DNA of 64,000 bases from a virus, in the IMG/VR virus record IMGVR_UViG_3300000062_000006, positions 182 through 64,181 of that record. The stretch is one strand, 5' to 3'. The notes below the pieces were generated by a model that made no database searches, was not told the origin of the DNA, and was given only the letters and a program-made list of their open reading frames with translations. The position numbers and the translations under genes were made by a program. Shown piece by piece: positions 37,310-47,940 of this stretch. Numbering within the stretch: the stretch's first letter is position 1; each line of letters begins with the position of its first letter.

Positions 37310-37519
37310 ATGACAAAAGAAGAATTTGAAGTAAAAAAAGCTACTCTTGAAAGCGAGATAACGCAGCTTATAGGTATCTTTGAGGAGGAAACAACATCTT
37401 TTGTAATATCTTTAGATTATACAAAGAAAACGCTTTCAAGCAGCATGGATACTAAAGCAGGCAAGCTCACAATGGAGTATAGAAATAACATAACAATTGA
37501 TGCGAAGTTTATAGCGTAA
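37310..37519 (+). CDS. Hypothetical protein
   Basis: 69-aa ORF. Confidence 0.5.
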   Translation: MTKEEFEVKKATLESEITQLIGIFEEETTSFVISLDYTKKTLSSSMDTKAGKLTMEYRNNITIDAKFIA

Positions 37520-37547
37520 AGTTCAATTAAAATAGGGTTTCGCACAA

Positions 37548-37802
37548 ATGAATAGCCAAAAAGGATTAAATACAGGCTTATCTCCCATGACGGAGGACTC
37601 TTGCGCTAACTTAGCAATAGCATTTTGGGAGCAACAAAAAGCTGCTAAAGCGATGAATTCCGCTTTGAGTGACGATGCTCTAAAGCGAGAACTGCTCAGC
37701 GCAATTGGGGTTACGATGTCTCTTGACGAGTTGGACAACGAGATGGTCAGATGGTGTAAATTTTTAGAAAAAAAAGGAGGACAGAATGATACGAGCAAAT
37801 GA
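37548..37802 (+). CDS. Hypothetical protein
   Basis: 84-aa ORF. Confidence 0.5.
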   Translation: MNSQKGLNTGLSPMTEDSCANLAIAFWEQQKAAKAMNSALSDDALKRELLSAIGVTMSLDELDNEMVRWCKFLEKKGGQNDTSK

Positions 37803-38181
37803 GTTGAGAATAGGGAATTGGATTTTGGTAAATGAAAAGCCGATGATTGTAAACACAGTCTATTATGAGCCTTTAATGAAAAAAGCAATAGTAAATGTAG
37901 TTGAAAAGCTTGGTGATGTTCCTATTGTTCCCATAGGCAATATAACTTCTTCTATCCCCCTAACCGAAGAAATCCTTTTGAAGTGTGGATTTAGCGAGGT
38001 TGGAATGTTCAACAATGTGTACCATAAGGACAACTTCAGAATCATCATAGGGCACAAGCAAAATTGTTTATTTCAGATTCACAAGGATGAGCATTGTGTT
38101 GGCATAGAAATTTCATCTCTCCACCAACTCCAGAACCTATATTTTGTGCTAACAAACAAGGAATTAGAAATAGAGTTATAA
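37786..38181 (+). CDS. Conserved Bacteroidota phage hypothetical protein
   Basis: MIRANELRIGNW...IPLTEEILLKCGF...LHQLQNLYFVLTNKEL. Confidence 0.7.
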   Translation: MIRANELRIGNWILVNEKPMIVNTVYYEPLMKKAIVNVVEKLGDVPIVPIGNITSSIPLTEEILLKCGFSEVGMFNNVYHKDNFRIIIGHKQNCLFQIHKDEHCVGIEISSLHQLQNLYFVLTNKELEIEL

Positions 38182-38241
38182 AAAGGAGCTACCCATCACG
38201 GGCAACTCCTCCGAAACCATATCAAAATCAAAAAATATAGA

Positions 38242-38604
38242 CTATTCAACTTCAAATAATTCAAATTCAATTCTTGGACGTTCTTTGTCGACAAACTTAC
38301 GTGCAATTATTTCAGTGCATTTGTTGTCATTCTTTATGGCATGGACTTTTCGTTGTAAAATATCTAATATGACCTTCATTGCATTATCAAGGTCGCTACG
38401 TTGTGACGGATAATAGACATCAACATGAATTTTGAAGTACCCTTCAATATTAGCGTCTCGATATTGTCCACATTGGATATAAAAGCTATCCTCATAGGCT
38501 TTCATTGCGGGCGTTTTAGCAAGTGATGAATGCCCTTCAACCTTTACAATTCGATATGAATTGCTCTTTGACGGGCAAGTTCCTAGTATGACTTGTTTAG
38601 GCAT
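38242..38604 (-). CDS. rusA: RusA-like Holliday junction resolvase
   Basis: CPSKSNSY, RSDLDNAMKVILDILQ, IKNDNKC, RPRIEF. Confidence 0.85.
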   Translation of the reverse strand: MPKQVILGTCPSKSNSYRIVKVEGHSSLAKTPAMKAYEDSFYIQCGQYRDANIEGYFKIHVDVYYPSQRSDLDNAMKVILDILQRKVHAIKNDNKCTEIIARKFVDKERPRIEFELFEVE

Positions 38605-38607
38605 AAG

Positions 38608-38841
38608 TTACAATGTTTTAAGTAATGCGTCCTTTGTTCTGTGAACATTTCGCTCAGTAATCCAAAGTAGGTCGCTATACCCTCTATTGCAATCTTTCTC
38701 TATCGCATACATAACAGACATAACCCCTCCTATTCGTTTCCACATAATGCCTTTTATAACACTTTGCTCAGCCTTATTGGTTGTTTTGTTCAATCGCCAA
38801 ATAATATCTCCTTCCTGATATCTACTCTCCATCTTCATCAT
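38608..38841 (-). CDS. Hypothetical protein
   Basis: 77-aa ORF in operon. Confidence 0.5.
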   Translation of the reverse strand: MMKMESRYQEGDIIWRLNKTTNKAEQSVIKGIMWKRIGGVMSVMYAIEKDCNRGYSDLLWITERNVHRTKDALLKTL

Positions 38842-39226
38842 TCACGGCTTTAGGGTTCAACATCTGCTCAAAATGATTCTTGACGAGTAGGAAGAAGTCG
38901 CTATTCATTGTATTTTGATTGACAGCAAGAACGAAATAGGCAAAAGTTATCAATTCTCTTTTGCTTTGCTCTGTATTGAGGCGTTGTTGTTCAAGAACAA
39001 AAGCGTGTTGTATTGAGCCTATTGGGTATATAACTTCAACAGCTACATTCTTAATAGACACATTCTGTGGCGTTATAACAATGCGTACATTACGCTCTTC
39101 AATAACTGTTCTTGTAGTTTTTGGGGCTTTGTGTCTTACTTTCTTATTTGACATGATGTTAAAATTTAAGTTAAGTGTATTTAGTTGTTTTCTTTCGTAA
39201 TCTGTATGCCAAAACAAAAATAGCAA
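38822..39226 (-). CDS. Hypothetical protein
   Basis: 134-aa ORF; start probably internal. Confidence 0.5.
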   Translation of the reverse strand: MLFLFWHTDYERKQLNTLNLNFNIMSNKKVRHKAPKTTRTVIEERNVRIVITPQNVSIKNVAVEVIYPIGSIQHAFVLEQQRLNTEQSKRELITFAYFVLAVNQNTMNSDFFLLVKNHFEQMLNPKAVNDEDGE

Positions 39227-39291
39227 TGTATCTCGCTATGCTAAATTTTAACATTTTTGGCTTCATTTCATTCATTTCTCAAAAAAGAAAA

Positions 39292-39738
39292 TTAAGTACC
39301 ACGTTTTAGGTGCTTAGGTACAACAGGAATAAAAGCTTCTGCGACTCGTTTTGATATTAACAGGTTCTCTTTGTCATATTCAAAGAAAACTCCAACTTCT
39401 TCAAGCTCTTTCATGAACGCTTTTCTCACATCAGGACTTTTCACAAAAGACAAGTCTTTTACTTTATTCCATTGCTCTGTTGCAATTGGATTTCGTCGAG
39501 AATATATTTCCCGCATCGCATATTGTATTGTAGTAGTGTAAGACGAATAGGTCAATCCCGCGATTCTTGCTGCTTCAGGCTTCGAATAACCGTCACGCTT
39601 CAGTAATATTAGCAACATACCACGCTTTAACCGAACATCGCTTCGTCTCAATGGCGAGAAAAGAATTGAAGGCTCGAATTGAAGTATTTGGCAAAATTCA
39701 ATAAGACCTCCCTTTCTTATTTGAGTTGTAGTATTCAT
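39292..39738 (-). CDS. HTH protein (DnaA C-terminal-like), possible late regulator
   Basis: GYSKPEAARIAGLTYSSY HTH-like segment. Confidence 0.5.
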   Translation of the reverse strand: MNTTTQIRKGGLIEFCQILQFEPSILFSPLRRSDVRLKRGMLLILLKRDGYSKPEAARIAGLTYSSYTTTIQYAMREIYSRRNPIATEQWNKVKDLSFVKSPDVRKAFMKELEEVGVFFEYDKENLLISKRVAEAFIPVVPKHLKRGT

Positions 39739-39880
39739 AGTTTGGTTTTGGTTAAATAACTAATTATAAATGTGCTAATAATATATTTGAACACAAAATG
39801 TTTTTGTCATATTTTATCATTGATTTGCAATTATTTAACCAAACATCAGAAAGCAGAGGATAAGTGCACCATACAGAAAC

Positions 39881-39912
39881 AAAAAAGGCGACATATTATA
39901 GTCACCTTTTTT
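39881..39912. terminator. Bidirectional terminator-like hairpin
   Basis: AAAAAAGGCGAC...GTCACCTTTTTT. Confidence 0.55.
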
Positions 39913-39944
39913 GCTATTCTTCATTCGTTGTTGGGTAATGTTTG

Positions 39945-40133
39945 TTAACTTCTTTCATCCAAAAATGATTTGATGTTTATCCCAATGTACGCCACAACCT
40001 CTTTAACATCTATTTCATCACCTCTATCCAATGCATTAAACAATGTAGATAATTCTCTATTTGCAAACTCTAGCTTTTCTCTCATTTTACTATTTTCATT
40101 TTGTAGTAAAAAAATTACTTCTTCTGCTTTCAT
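39945..40133 (-). CDS. Hypothetical protein
   Basis: 62-aa ORF. Confidence 0.45.
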   Translation of the reverse strand: MKAEEVIFLLQNENSKMREKLEFANRELSTLFNALDRGDEIDVKEVVAYIGINIKSFLDERS

Positions 40134-40174
40134 ATTTATTTTTCTTTAAAAAGCAGTTGTTAGCTGCCTTAATG

Positions 40175-40537
40175 TTATCTATAAATCTCTCTGTCTTTGT
40201 ATTTTTCAAAGTTAGGAATCTCAATGCCAATTTCTTCACAATACTTAGAATGTCTTTTTATAGATTCATCAGCCCGTAAGCTAAAAGAACCGTTAGAGTA
40301 GTCTAGACGGTCATTAGCTACTGGCTCCAATGACAAAAAGACTGCCCTCTCTATAAAGATTTTGGCGGCTTTTTCATTTCCATACGCATACGCCTCACGT
40401 GCTTTTTCCACGAAATCAGGATGTTTAATTTTCTTTGCAATATCATTGACATTGTTTGTCATACCCCACATTTTGAAAAATAAGATAATCTGTAATATCC
40501 CAAATACTACAATAATGATTGTAACAAGCTCTCCCAT
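40175..40537 (-). CDS. Small membrane-anchored protein
   Basis: IIVVFGILQIILFFKMWGMTNNV N-terminal anchor. Confidence 0.6.
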   Translation of the reverse strand: MGELVTIIIVVFGILQIILFFKMWGMTNNVNDIAKKIKHPDFVEKAREAYAYGNEKAAKIFIERAVFLSLEPVANDRLDYSNGSFSLRADESIKRHSKYCEEIGIEIPNFEKYKDREIYR

Positions 40538-40813
40538 AATTTATATTTTTTAGATGTTTAAGCCATAAAATTACCCTTATTCCCCGATTATCAAAAGCAA
40601 ATCCTTAATTTCTTGTATGGAATTTCTACTATAAGGCATTTTGCTATAACAGAAATCTCCATAAGATATTCCAATAGAGTTCTAATTGTAGCGTTTAAGA
40701 CGATTCTGCAACCTCTCTACTATTGTATATGGGTTATACAATTCTGCAATTCCAAGATAATAATAAATTTGAAAAAGGGAATAACTATTATAGTAGCTAT
40801 TCCCTTTTCTCAT

Positions 40814-41188
40814 TTATTGTGGATTGTTGAAGGCGTTATATGCCGCAAGAAATCCTTCCTTGCTTTTTTCAACATAAGGGATGCCATTCTTGTCCAAATA
40901 CTTCTTTTGGTCGGCATATGATAAATCCTCAAAGCTAACCACCACCTCTTTTTCTTTCTGCTTTACAGGGTGGAATGTAACCCAATCCGTAACTAAGCCA
41001 CCAGATGTATTAAAGTCTTTTATCACCTCATGTCGCTTCAATTCAGCGTTCCATCTCGCAATAACATACTCTGTGCTGCTAGATGCTCTTTTTACTTGGG
41101 CGATTGCTTTGCCCTGAAATTCTCTCGTTCCTTCTTTGGGTATTGATTTTAATCCCAAATACTCTAATGCTTGTTTTAATTTGTTCAT
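40814..41188 (-). CDS. Hypothetical protein after portal
   Basis: 124 aa, overlaps portal stop. Confidence 0.6.
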   Translation of the reverse strand: MNKLKQALEYLGLKSIPKEGTREFQGKAIAQVKRASSSTEYVIARWNAELKRHEVIKDFNTSGGLVTDWVTFHPVKQKEKEVVVSFEDLSYADQKKYLDKNGIPYVEKSKEGFLAAYNAFNNPQ

Positions 41189-42651
41189 AGTTGATTATTA
41201 TTTGGTGAAACATGTTGATTTTTTAATTCCATCTCTTCTTTGAGTTCCTCTTTGTATCGTTCGTTTTCATCCGGCACAGCATAAGGGTTCTTTTCTTGCG
41301 CTGTCTGCGCCGATAGTGATTTTTGAGATATGGATTGATTTAGATTATTCACAATCTCAGTTGTATTCTCTGGTATGTAGATTTCTATTTCATTTCGGAA
41401 GTTTACCGCTTGGTATTGGGTTAGTTTGCCATCCTCCAGACCAATTCCCTCAACAAACAAATCTTTCATCCCATCAATAAAATCATCCCACTCTTTTGAC
41501 AGTTCAATAGCCTTGTCTATTTCGGGATGCAAAATAAGGCGGATAGCACTACCTGGCATATCCCCACTTGATTTTATTACATCTGGTGTGATATTAACAG
41601 AGAATGACCCCATGAAGATAAAGTTCAGCATCTGTTCAAGTTGATATTTGAACGCTTCCATATCTCCTGCATTGCGTGATACATAGTTGACCTTTGTCGT
41701 TTCTGACCCTTCCAAGATTTTGCCTTGAACGTCTTTCTGTGGTGCGCTCAATACTTCGCCTGCTACAAATAGTATCGGGAAAGCAAAATAAGCATTACTC
41801 TCGCAGAATTGAGAGAAAGCCCACTCTGTCGATTCAATTGTTTCTTGCACATCATCCCAAGCGACCTTGCCACGTTTGTACAATACAGGAGTCTGGGAAA
41901 AACCATGCCGTTTTCGGCTAAACTCCTCCCACTCTCTCTTTCTGCCCTTTTTCTTATTTCGATACTCAACAACCTCTGTATCGTTTATTTCCATAAAACC
42001 ATCCAGTTCATTGCCAAGCTCATCCCTCACTTTGAAGTAACGATATAACTTAACAAGACGGTTAAAGCTGTCATAATAAGGAATCAAACAGTCGCCCTTA
42101 GCAAAAGAAAACACCTCCCAATCAAGTTTGCCCTTATCTCTGAAAAAGTAAAGAGCCACATCCCCTGTTGTTAGCTGCCCCTCAACACATTCGGCAAAGG
42201 CAACATCCATATTCTTATCTATCCAATTCTGACGAATTGCAACAAAATCCTTTTTCTGTGCTTGTGTCGGCTTAATATCTGTATGGATAAATTTAACGGG
42301 GCGACCTGTTATGTGATTTTTTTGTTTGGTCGTAATAACACGCTGGAATGGCACAGATATACGAGCGATTTGTTCTATTTCATTCGTCTCAACCTCTTCT
42401 CCACTTTCCAATTCTACTTTTCTCTTTACTATTTTATCAGGATATATTGTTCTGTCATAGATAATATGCCCTGATGGATTGAGTTCTAACAGATATTGGT
42501 TTTGCGTTACAACAACTCCATATTGTTCTGGCAGTTCTGCTGGAGTGTTTCCTCCTGTTGAAAGAGTTGGAGCAGACCGCGCCAATCCACGAAGCCTTAT
42601 AAATGACGGCTTGCCATTATCCAGCACTTTTTTGATTTCCTCATTTGTCAT
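41185..42651 (-). CDS. Portal protein (SPP1-like)
   Basis: 488 aa, follows TerL, helical; size and position typical. Confidence 0.8.
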   Translation of the reverse strand: MTNEEIKKVLDNGKPSFIRLRGLARSAPTLSTGGNTPAELPEQYGVVVTQNQYLLELNPSGHIIYDRTIYPDKIVKRKVELESGEEVETNEIEQIARISVPFQRVITTKQKNHITGRPVKFIHTDIKPTQAQKKDFVAIRQNWIDKNMDVAFAECVEGQLTTGDVALYFFRDKGKLDWEVFSFAKGDCLIPYYDSFNRLVKLYRYFKVRDELGNELDGFMEINDTEVVEYRNKKKGRKREWEEFSRKRHGFSQTPVLYKRGKVAWDDVQETIESTEWAFSQFCESNAYFAFPILFVAGEVLSAPQKDVQGKILEGSETTKVNYVSRNAGDMEAFKYQLEQMLNFIFMGSFSVNITPDVIKSSGDMPGSAIRLILHPEIDKAIELSKEWDDFIDGMKDLFVEGIGLEDGKLTQYQAVNFRNEIEIYIPENTTEIVNNLNQSISQKSLSAQTAQEKNPYAVPDENERYKEELKEEMELKNQHVSPNNNQL

Positions 42652-42667
42652 AGTTATTTGGTTTTGA

Positions 42668-44290
42668 TTAATAGAAGCCTCTCAAGCTTTTATTTGATTT
42701 TTGTTTTTTGAAATTCGCATAACATCTCATTTTGAAAATATCCATAAAGTCGGGAGAACTGCCGCCTAATATTCGGCGCATCTCTTTCTTTTTTATGAGC
42801 TGACATTTCCCTCGTATCGTTCCCCCTTCGGTTATCCAGCGAAAAGCCTTACGTTCATTCATTAATATATCGCTGATGGTCTTACGATATGCCAACTTAC
42901 CATTCGGGAGCGTTTTTGTAATAACCTTATCAAGAACTGAGCTCTCAATGCTTATGCGCTTGTCCTCAATCATTATTTTGAGTTCATTAACCATTTCTGC
43001 ATTCAGATTATAAAAAACAGTTCTCTGTTTTGGTGTTTCTCCGCCATGATAAGGAATGGCATTAGGCAAGAACCCCCTATTAGAATATTTAGAGCCTAAG
43101 AATCCGCCTACTCCATCCGCATCATAAATAATAAAGTTATTTGGTATTTTATATCTTCTCTGAATTGCTTGGATGTTTGCCAACAAGTCCGGGGCTGAGA
43201 TATTATTTATTGTAACAATATCCATCAAGTGCCAATCACTCCAAACAGACGCAATGAACATATCGCCACCCTCTAAGGCGACATCTACCACAATCCAACG
43301 AGTAGTACTTTCCACCTGTGGGTCATTGTCGAAAACGTCTTGCATCATAGGTGCTGAAATAAGCTCACTCTCATCCTCAAACTTTCTCCATATACCGAGT
43401 AGTTCCCTGTTGACAACCTCTGCGCCGCCACTCGCAATGTTAGAGATGTAGTCAGGGTCTTGGGTTAAAAGAATTTTATTTTCATACACATTCCCTTGTA
43501 TAAATTGGAAGGATTTTATCATATTCATTTTAGAAACAAGTCCTGCATTCTCTTCAGAGAAATAAGCGTCAATATACGGTTTAGCTTTACCATAAACCTC
43601 TTCCCTCGAATTACCCCAAAATATTTCTTTATGGGTTTTCCCATATTTATAGAAGTATCTTATTTTCCCGTCACGCTCTTTGTTTATTGTCCCATCTTCG
43701 CTTAGATACCATTGTATAAGTTGATATATCCAACTATCTATATCGGGGTTAGTTGTTCCGATAAGGCTGTTATGTATCCCATAAGCGTTACGATTTGATT
43801 TAATTAGTGTCCAGATCGTTTCCTCTGAGAATTGGTTTATCTCATCCATTAGAATACGAGGTACGCCACCACCACGAAAACGCCTGTCAGCTTTATTCTC
43901 GTCTGAGATTTGCTCAAACTTCAACTCTGCCCCACTCTCAAAAGTCCAAGTATAGTCCGATTCTCTTTTTGTTCCGAGGTCACCATAAAAGACATCTGTT
44001 TCTTGCCAAAGGCCACGTTTAAAGTCATCCTTTTCACGTCTGAATAACCGGGCATTGAAGCGAGGGTTATCATAATCATAAAGGACTGACAATTGTAATG
44101 CCCCTGTTTTACCACCACCACGGTTTCCACCGCCCACGATGAATGATGCTGGAGAAGAAAGCATTTTCTCTTGAAACCCTGCTTGTGGCATTATAATATC
44201 ATCACGCTTTTTCTGAACGCCCTTCTCCTCATATATCATTGTGTCCCGAATAGCTTGTGCCTCGTCATATGTAAGAACATTGCCTATCAT
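42668..44290 (-). CDS. terL: Terminase large subunit
   Basis: GGGNRGGGKT Walker A, ILMDEINQF Walker B, GTTNP, VVDVALEGGD nuclease motif, SPDFMD. Confidence 0.92.
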   Translation of the reverse strand: MIGNVLTYDEAQAIRDTMIYEEKGVQKKRDDIIMPQAGFQEKMLSSPASFIVGGGNRGGGKTGALQLSVLYDYDNPRFNARLFRREKDDFKRGLWQETDVFYGDLGTKRESDYTWTFESGAELKFEQISDENKADRRFRGGGVPRILMDEINQFSEETIWTLIKSNRNAYGIHNSLIGTTNPDIDSWIYQLIQWYLSEDGTINKERDGKIRYFYKYGKTHKEIFWGNSREEVYGKAKPYIDAYFSEENAGLVSKMNMIKSFQFIQGNVYENKILLTQDPDYISNIASGGAEVVNRELLGIWRKFEDESELISAPMMQDVFDNDPQVESTTRWIVVDVALEGGDMFIASVWSDWHLMDIVTINNISAPDLLANIQAIQRRYKIPNNFIIYDADGVGGFLGSKYSNRGFLPNAIPYHGGETPKQRTVFYNLNAEMVNELKIMIEDKRISIESSVLDKVITKTLPNGKLAYRKTISDILMNERKAFRWITEGGTIRGKCQLIKKKEMRRILGGSSPDFMDIFKMRCYANFKKQKSNKSLRGFY

Positions 44291-44517
44291 TTCTTACTAC
44301 GTTTTTTAGGCTTGCGACGCTTCCAGCCTCGCAGAGATTGAGCAATAACTTTTCTCACCGTTTCCCATGACAAGTTCACATCCTCAGCCGTTTTTTCGTA
44401 ATAATACATCTGTGAAACATACAATTCCATATAAAGCACATCTTTCACATAAGATTTGTGGTGTTTATAACGATTCACAATCGCTTTCCTATTTGCAGTG
44501 GTTACAATCTTATCCAT
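44287..44517 (-). CDS. Small HTH protein upstream of terL
   Basis: YEKTAEDVNLSWETVRKVI; overlaps terL start by 4 nt. Confidence 0.55.
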   Translation of the reverse strand: MDKIVTTANRKAIVNRYKHHKSYVKDVLYMELYVSQMYYYEKTAEDVNLSWETVRKVIAQSLRGWKRRKPKKRSKK

Positions 44518-44546
44518 ATACGGTTTTAGTTAAATTTTGGAGGCTA

Positions 44547-44565
44547 CCTTTTTATTGGTAAAAAA
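44547..44565. promoter_or_regulatory. Palindromic 19-bp motif upstream of head operon
   Basis: CCTTTTTATTGGTAAAAAA, identical copy at 56451-56469. Confidence 0.55.
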
Positions 44566-44636
44566 TACTATTACAAAGGTGCTAAAAACCACTACTATTG
44601 CAGAAACATATCTGTTTTTTAACATAAAACCAAACT

Positions 44637-45263
44637 ATGAAAGAAAAAATTGTATCTGCACTAAAAACAAAGTACAAAACCTTTGGGTTTAGCGATAAGG
44701 CATTTGATGGGGTTGCCGACTACTTGTCAAAAACCATCACAGAAGAAAAAGACATCGAAACTGCCATTGGCGGGGTCGAAAATCTGCTAAAAGCCTTTCA
44801 AGGCGAATCTGACAGGCTAAGAACTGAGAACGCAGAACTCAAAAAGAAAGCGGCCGAGAAAGAAACCAAGCCAGCAGTAACGGATGAGGGCAAGAGTGAA
44901 GAAGACAAACCTTTAACGAAGGCTGACATCTTGGCTCTTTTCAAAGAACGGGACAAGGAGCAGGAAAGCAAATCAACTTTCGAGGAAAAGAAATCTACCG
45001 CACTTGCTAATCTTGAAAAGAAAGGTGTAAAGGTTTCTGTGGCGAAAAAGTTTGCAGCACAAATCGCTTACGACGAAACCTTAACATCAGAAGATATTCA
45101 AGCTAAAATTCAAGCAGAATATGATGAGGTGGTTTCAGCAGTAGCACCCGAAGCGGGCAAGCCGTCTGTGGGTGGAGCTGGTGGCAGCAATGTGAGTTCT
45201 GAAATCTCTGATTACATAGCAGAGAAGAAAGCAGAAATAGAAAAATCAAAACCAAAATCCTAA
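44637..45263 (+). CDS. Capsid scaffolding protein
   Basis: Charged coiled-coil protein, first gene of the head operon. Confidence 0.65.
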   Translation: MKEKIVSALKTKYKTFGFSDKAFDGVADYLSKTITEEKDIETAIGGVENLLKAFQGESDRLRTENAELKKKAAEKETKPAVTDEGKSEEDKPLTKADILALFKERDKEQESKSTFEEKKSTALANLEKKGVKVSVAKKFAAQIAYDETLTSEDIQAKIQAEYDEVVSAVAPEAGKPSVGGAGGSNVSSEISDYIAEKKAEIEKSKPKS

Positions 45264-45267
45264 AACA

Positions 45268-45909
45268 ATGAGTAACAGAATTTTCTCAACAGGGAATAAC
45301 TTCCCTACCCCGTCATCCAATGTTGGTGGCGGCAGGCACGTTTGGTATCAGAGAGGGCGCAGTATCCCCGGTGGATTCAATATTGACCTTCCCAACTTTC
45401 CAAAAGGCAGCGTTGTTCAAGCTGGTAGCCTTATTAAGTACGACGAGGCAACCCGAAAAGTCGATTTGCATATTGCTGTAAAAGTGGATGAAGTAGCGGC
45501 TTCTGGCGCAACAACCGTAAAAATCGCAAAGATTCTTGAAGCAAGTGTATTAAACACAGGGCAGTTCTTAATGGTTGCTCCTGACGGAATCACAGATGCA
45601 GGAACAGGCGTAGAGGTTCTTAGCATCGACAGCAGTAACCCTGCCTACGATGTAATCACAATCCCTGCTTTGAGTGCAGAGTTATCCGAAGGAACAATCT
45701 TAGTCGAAGCTGACAAAGTTGGCGCAGGTGCGGTTGTTAAGGTCGTGCCAAACGCATTATCCTATTATGACATTTTTGTTCACCCAGACTCAACACAGTT
45801 CACCGTAACTGCAACAATCGAGGGAACTGTTTATGAAAGACGCATTCCACCTGTAGCAGATGCTTTCAAACCATTATTCACTGAGATTACATTCTCACAA
45901 AGCCGATAA
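45268..45909 (+). CDS. Head decoration/cement protein
   Basis: Beta-rich 213 aa between scaffold and capsid. Confidence 0.6.
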   Translation: MSNRIFSTGNNFPTPSSNVGGGRHVWYQRGRSIPGGFNIDLPNFPKGSVVQAGSLIKYDEATRKVDLHIAVKVDEVAASGATTVKIAKILEASVLNTGQFLMVAPDGITDAGTGVEVLSIDSSNPAYDVITIPALSAELSEGTILVEADKVGAGAVVKVVPNALSYYDIFVHPDSTQFTVTATIEGTVYERRIPPVADAFKPLFTEITFSQSR

Positions 45910-45911
45910 CT

Positions 45912-47024
45912 ATGAATAGAGTATTTAGTTTTTATGACCAGTTGGGCGGAGAGAAAGGTATGCGTGCCCTTTATGACCTTTTCGATGAAAAGTACAACAA
46001 CGCATCATGGAAAGGGCATTTCCCGTGGGATACACCACAGTACGACCTTACTTTCAACGTCCTAACTGCACAGAGCAATATCGCTCCTATGGCATCAATT
46101 ATTGATATAAACGCTCCAAAGCCAACCCGTTCAACACAAGGATATGGTACTTATGGAGGTGCAATTCCAAAATTAGGACATGGATTTGATATTGTTGAGC
46201 AGACATTGCGTATGCAACAAGTAATCTTCTCACAAGGGGGTGCAGTCAATCCTAGAATATTGGCAGATATACTGTTCAATAAGGCAGATAAATTGATTCA
46301 AGGTGCGCATAATCGTATGACTTACATGGATGACCAAGTTCGTAGTACAGGCAAGCTAATCATCAATGTAGACAACAACCCTGATGGCATCGGCATCGAA
46401 GTCGATTATCGTGTTCCTGCAGAAAATTTCCTAAAGGCAGGCTTTAATCAAGCATCTAAATTGGCTTGGAGTGACCCTAATGCAGACCCTATCCAAGACC
46501 TCCTTAACATGGTTGAGTATGCAGATAAGCATAATATTGTTTATGGAACATTTGAGATGAGCAAGTCATTGTTTAACACTTTCTTGTCACACCCAAAAGT
46601 GTTAGAATGGGTTAGAGCAAGAATGAAAATTGCTGACAATGTATCATATCCGCTTGGCCGAACTGAAGTTATTGCAGCTTTAGATGGCTATGGCTCTTTA
46701 CCTCCAATCAAGATATACGACGGCAAGCAGGTTTACGAGGAAGACGGAATTAGCAAATCTATTCATGGATTTAGTGACAAGAATGTAGTTCTTCGTCCGT
46801 CAGGCGCAATTGGCAAGATGAAAAATGCAGTTTCTATGCACACTCTCGCTCCTTCTACTCCAGTAGATTTCAGAACGACTGTTGAGCAAGGACGTATTGC
46901 AATTCTTAACCAATGGGACAGCCGCAGTTTGATTAACCATATCGAATTGGAAGGCTATGCTGTTCCGGCTCTTGATAATCCTAAGAATATATTGATTCTG
47001 GACACAACAGAAGCGGCAGTATGA
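45912..47024 (+). CDS. Major capsid protein (HK97 fold, capsid E-like)
   Basis: 370 aa, GAIPKLGHGF and IEVDYRVP motifs, position. Confidence 0.85.
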   Translation: MNRVFSFYDQLGGEKGMRALYDLFDEKYNNASWKGHFPWDTPQYDLTFNVLTAQSNIAPMASIIDINAPKPTRSTQGYGTYGGAIPKLGHGFDIVEQTLRMQQVIFSQGGAVNPRILADILFNKADKLIQGAHNRMTYMDDQVRSTGKLIINVDNNPDGIGIEVDYRVPAENFLKAGFNQASKLAWSDPNADPIQDLLNMVEYADKHNIVYGTFEMSKSLFNTFLSHPKVLEWVRARMKIADNVSYPLGRTEVIAALDGYGSLPPIKIYDGKQVYEEDGISKSIHGFSDKNVVLRPSGAIGKMKNAVSMHTLAPSTPVDFRTTVEQGRIAILNQWDSRSLINHIELEGYAVPALDNPKNILILDTTEAAV

Positions 47025-47557
47025 GAATGAAAGTCAACATACAAGGCGCAGGATTAGTTAATGGTGCTGGCGAGTATGCTTCGGGAGATACTATTTCTCT
47101 CGAAGCTATACCCGCTCAAAACATGACATTCAAAGGATTCCTACACAATGGCAATCTTTATTCAACTCCTTACGATTTTGAGGTTGGGGACGAAGATGTT
47201 GTTGTAACAGCCATATTTTATATGACGATGGGGTCTTACGTAAAAAGTCTTGGCTATCCTGTTACTGATGCACAAGTTTATGCTATTCTTTCAGACCTTA
47301 AAACAGACACTAATGCTGATGTTAGCACGGTCTCTTTAAGAATTAAAGATTTAGCTTATGCAAAGCTGATTATGTTGGCTGTATTAACTCCAAACGAAGG
47401 CTCAACAAGGGAAGAAATGGGCAACTGGACTTCCCAAAAAGGCGGGCGGAACTTGGTTAGCAGAAGTGAGCTTATCAAGATTGCTAAAGGTATATATGTG
47501 AAGTATGGTGTAACATTCCCTACTGCGTGGGTTAGAAACAAATCGTACCAATGGTAA
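47021..47557 (+). CDS. Head-tail adaptor with N-terminal InlB/Flg_new-like repeat
   Basis: GAGEYASGDTISLEAIPAQNMTFKGF repeat; DLAYAKL C-terminal helical part. Confidence 0.6.
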   Translation: MRMKVNIQGAGLVNGAGEYASGDTISLEAIPAQNMTFKGFLHNGNLYSTPYDFEVGDEDVVVTAIFYMTMGSYVKSLGYPVTDAQVYAILSDLKTDTNADVSTVSLRIKDLAYAKLIMLAVLTPNEGSTREEMGNWTSQKGGRNLVSRSELIKIAKGIYVKYGVTFPTAWVRNKSYQW

Positions 47558-47940
47558 ACAATGAGAGATTTCCACATACAGTAAAGGTTGTGCGCAAGAA
47601 TGAAAATGCGGACTACAACCCATCGCTCAATGTAGGGGAACCAACAATTGATACTATTGTTTATGAATGTAAGTGCCAAAACCAACTTAATGAAGTTGGA
47701 GATACAATACGTAAGGACAATATTTTATACTCTGACTATACCACATACGCCCCCTACCCTAATGATACTGAAGAAAATCCTTTTGGAGACAGAGGCTTAT
47801 CACCACTGATACAAAAAGATGATTTTATAGAAGTAGACGATGGTGTACGAATAATAAAAGGCCGTGTAACTCAATTTGAGGCAGGCAACATAGGAATTAG
47901 AATTTGGTGGGATGAAACGAGACAACCAGACAATAATTAA
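47551..47940 (+). CDS. Head closure/stopper protein
   Basis: MVNNERFPHTVKV; position. Confidence 0.55.
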   Translation: MVNNERFPHTVKVVRKNENADYNPSLNVGEPTIDTIVYECKCQNQLNEVGDTIRKDNILYSDYTTYAPYPNDTEENPFGDRGLSPLIQKDDFIEVDDGVRIIKGRVTQFEAGNIGIRIWWDETRQPDNN

